Positions 63,480 to 64,000 of a stretch of DNA of 64,000 nucleotides are shown here, in pieces. Made by a program: the position numbers and the translations under genes. Location of the stretch: positions 6,758,001 through 6,822,000 of the forward strand of contig OZ024764.1 of the NCBI GenBank assembly GCA_964016885.1, in the 5' to 3' direction. This stretch comes from Eledone cirrhosa (Eukaryota). The notes beneath the pieces are model-generated. The model was not told where the DNA came from and made no database searches. It worked only from the letters and a program-made list of their open reading frames with translations. Within the stretch, counting starts at the first letter, position 1; every line of letters starts with the position of its first letter.

Positions 63480-63862
63480 TTTGGCAGTATCAGTAGAGAG
63501 TCGGACACCATGCTTTGAAGAGAGAGTTACGTCCCTTTATGATCTGAGTTCAAATCCCACCGAGGTTAACTTTGCCTTTCATCCTTACGGGGTCGATAAA
63601 ATAAAGTACCAGTAATACACTGGAGTAATGACTGGCCTTGTGCCAGAAGTAGAAACAATTATTATTATAATTATTATTCTAGGGCAGTATCGGTAGAGGG
63701 TCGGACGCCATGCTTTGCAGCATAGAGTTACGTCCCTTTACGGTCTGAGTTCAAATCCCGCCGAGGTTAACTTTGCCTTTCATCCTTACGGGGTCGATAA
63801 AATAAAGTACCAGTAATACACTGGGATAATTGCTGGCCTTGTGCCTAAAATAGAAACAATTA
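63480..63862 (+). mobile_element. Two tandem family B SINEs
   Basis: 63480-63665 and 63680-63862 match 37865-38050. Confidence 0.85.
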
Positions 63863-64000
63863 TATATAAGAATATTTATGTTTAATCAACAGCTACAAAA
63901 TTTAGTAGATAAATTATGTAATATTCATTATTTATTCAAAGTAATTCAACTTATTTTACTAACAGGATAAAAAAATATATTTAGGACACAGTCCCGCACT

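Overview
Eukaryotic, AT-rich, repeat-dense animal genomic DNA. The SINE/LINE and (TA)n landscape suggests a cephalopod such as an octopus; this is inference. Two spliced protein-coding genes were assembled by hand on the + strand with GT-AG borders and consistent phases. One is a complete six-coding-exon mitochondrial Obg-family GTPase gene (MTG2/GTPBP5, about 409 aa, 12561-28026). The other is the first five coding exons of a makorin RING/CCCH E3 ligase gene (40269-57432), which continues beyond what I can resolve. The rest is decayed RTE-type LINEs, tRNA-derived SINEs, Helitrons, DD37D, Merlin, pogo-like, TTAA and Mutator-like DNA elements, and many minisatellites. Two things stand out. (1) About ten minimal type I hammerhead ribozyme motifs with palindromic loop 3 and covarying stem II. 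Several sit in short fold-back cassettes next to or between (TA)n tracts, and two of these cassettes carry a hammerhead on each strand. They resemble Penelope-like-element or retrozyme termini, but no RT gene is linked. (2) Many large intronic minisatellites can be traced to the interior of a specific mobile element, including LINE coding motifs.
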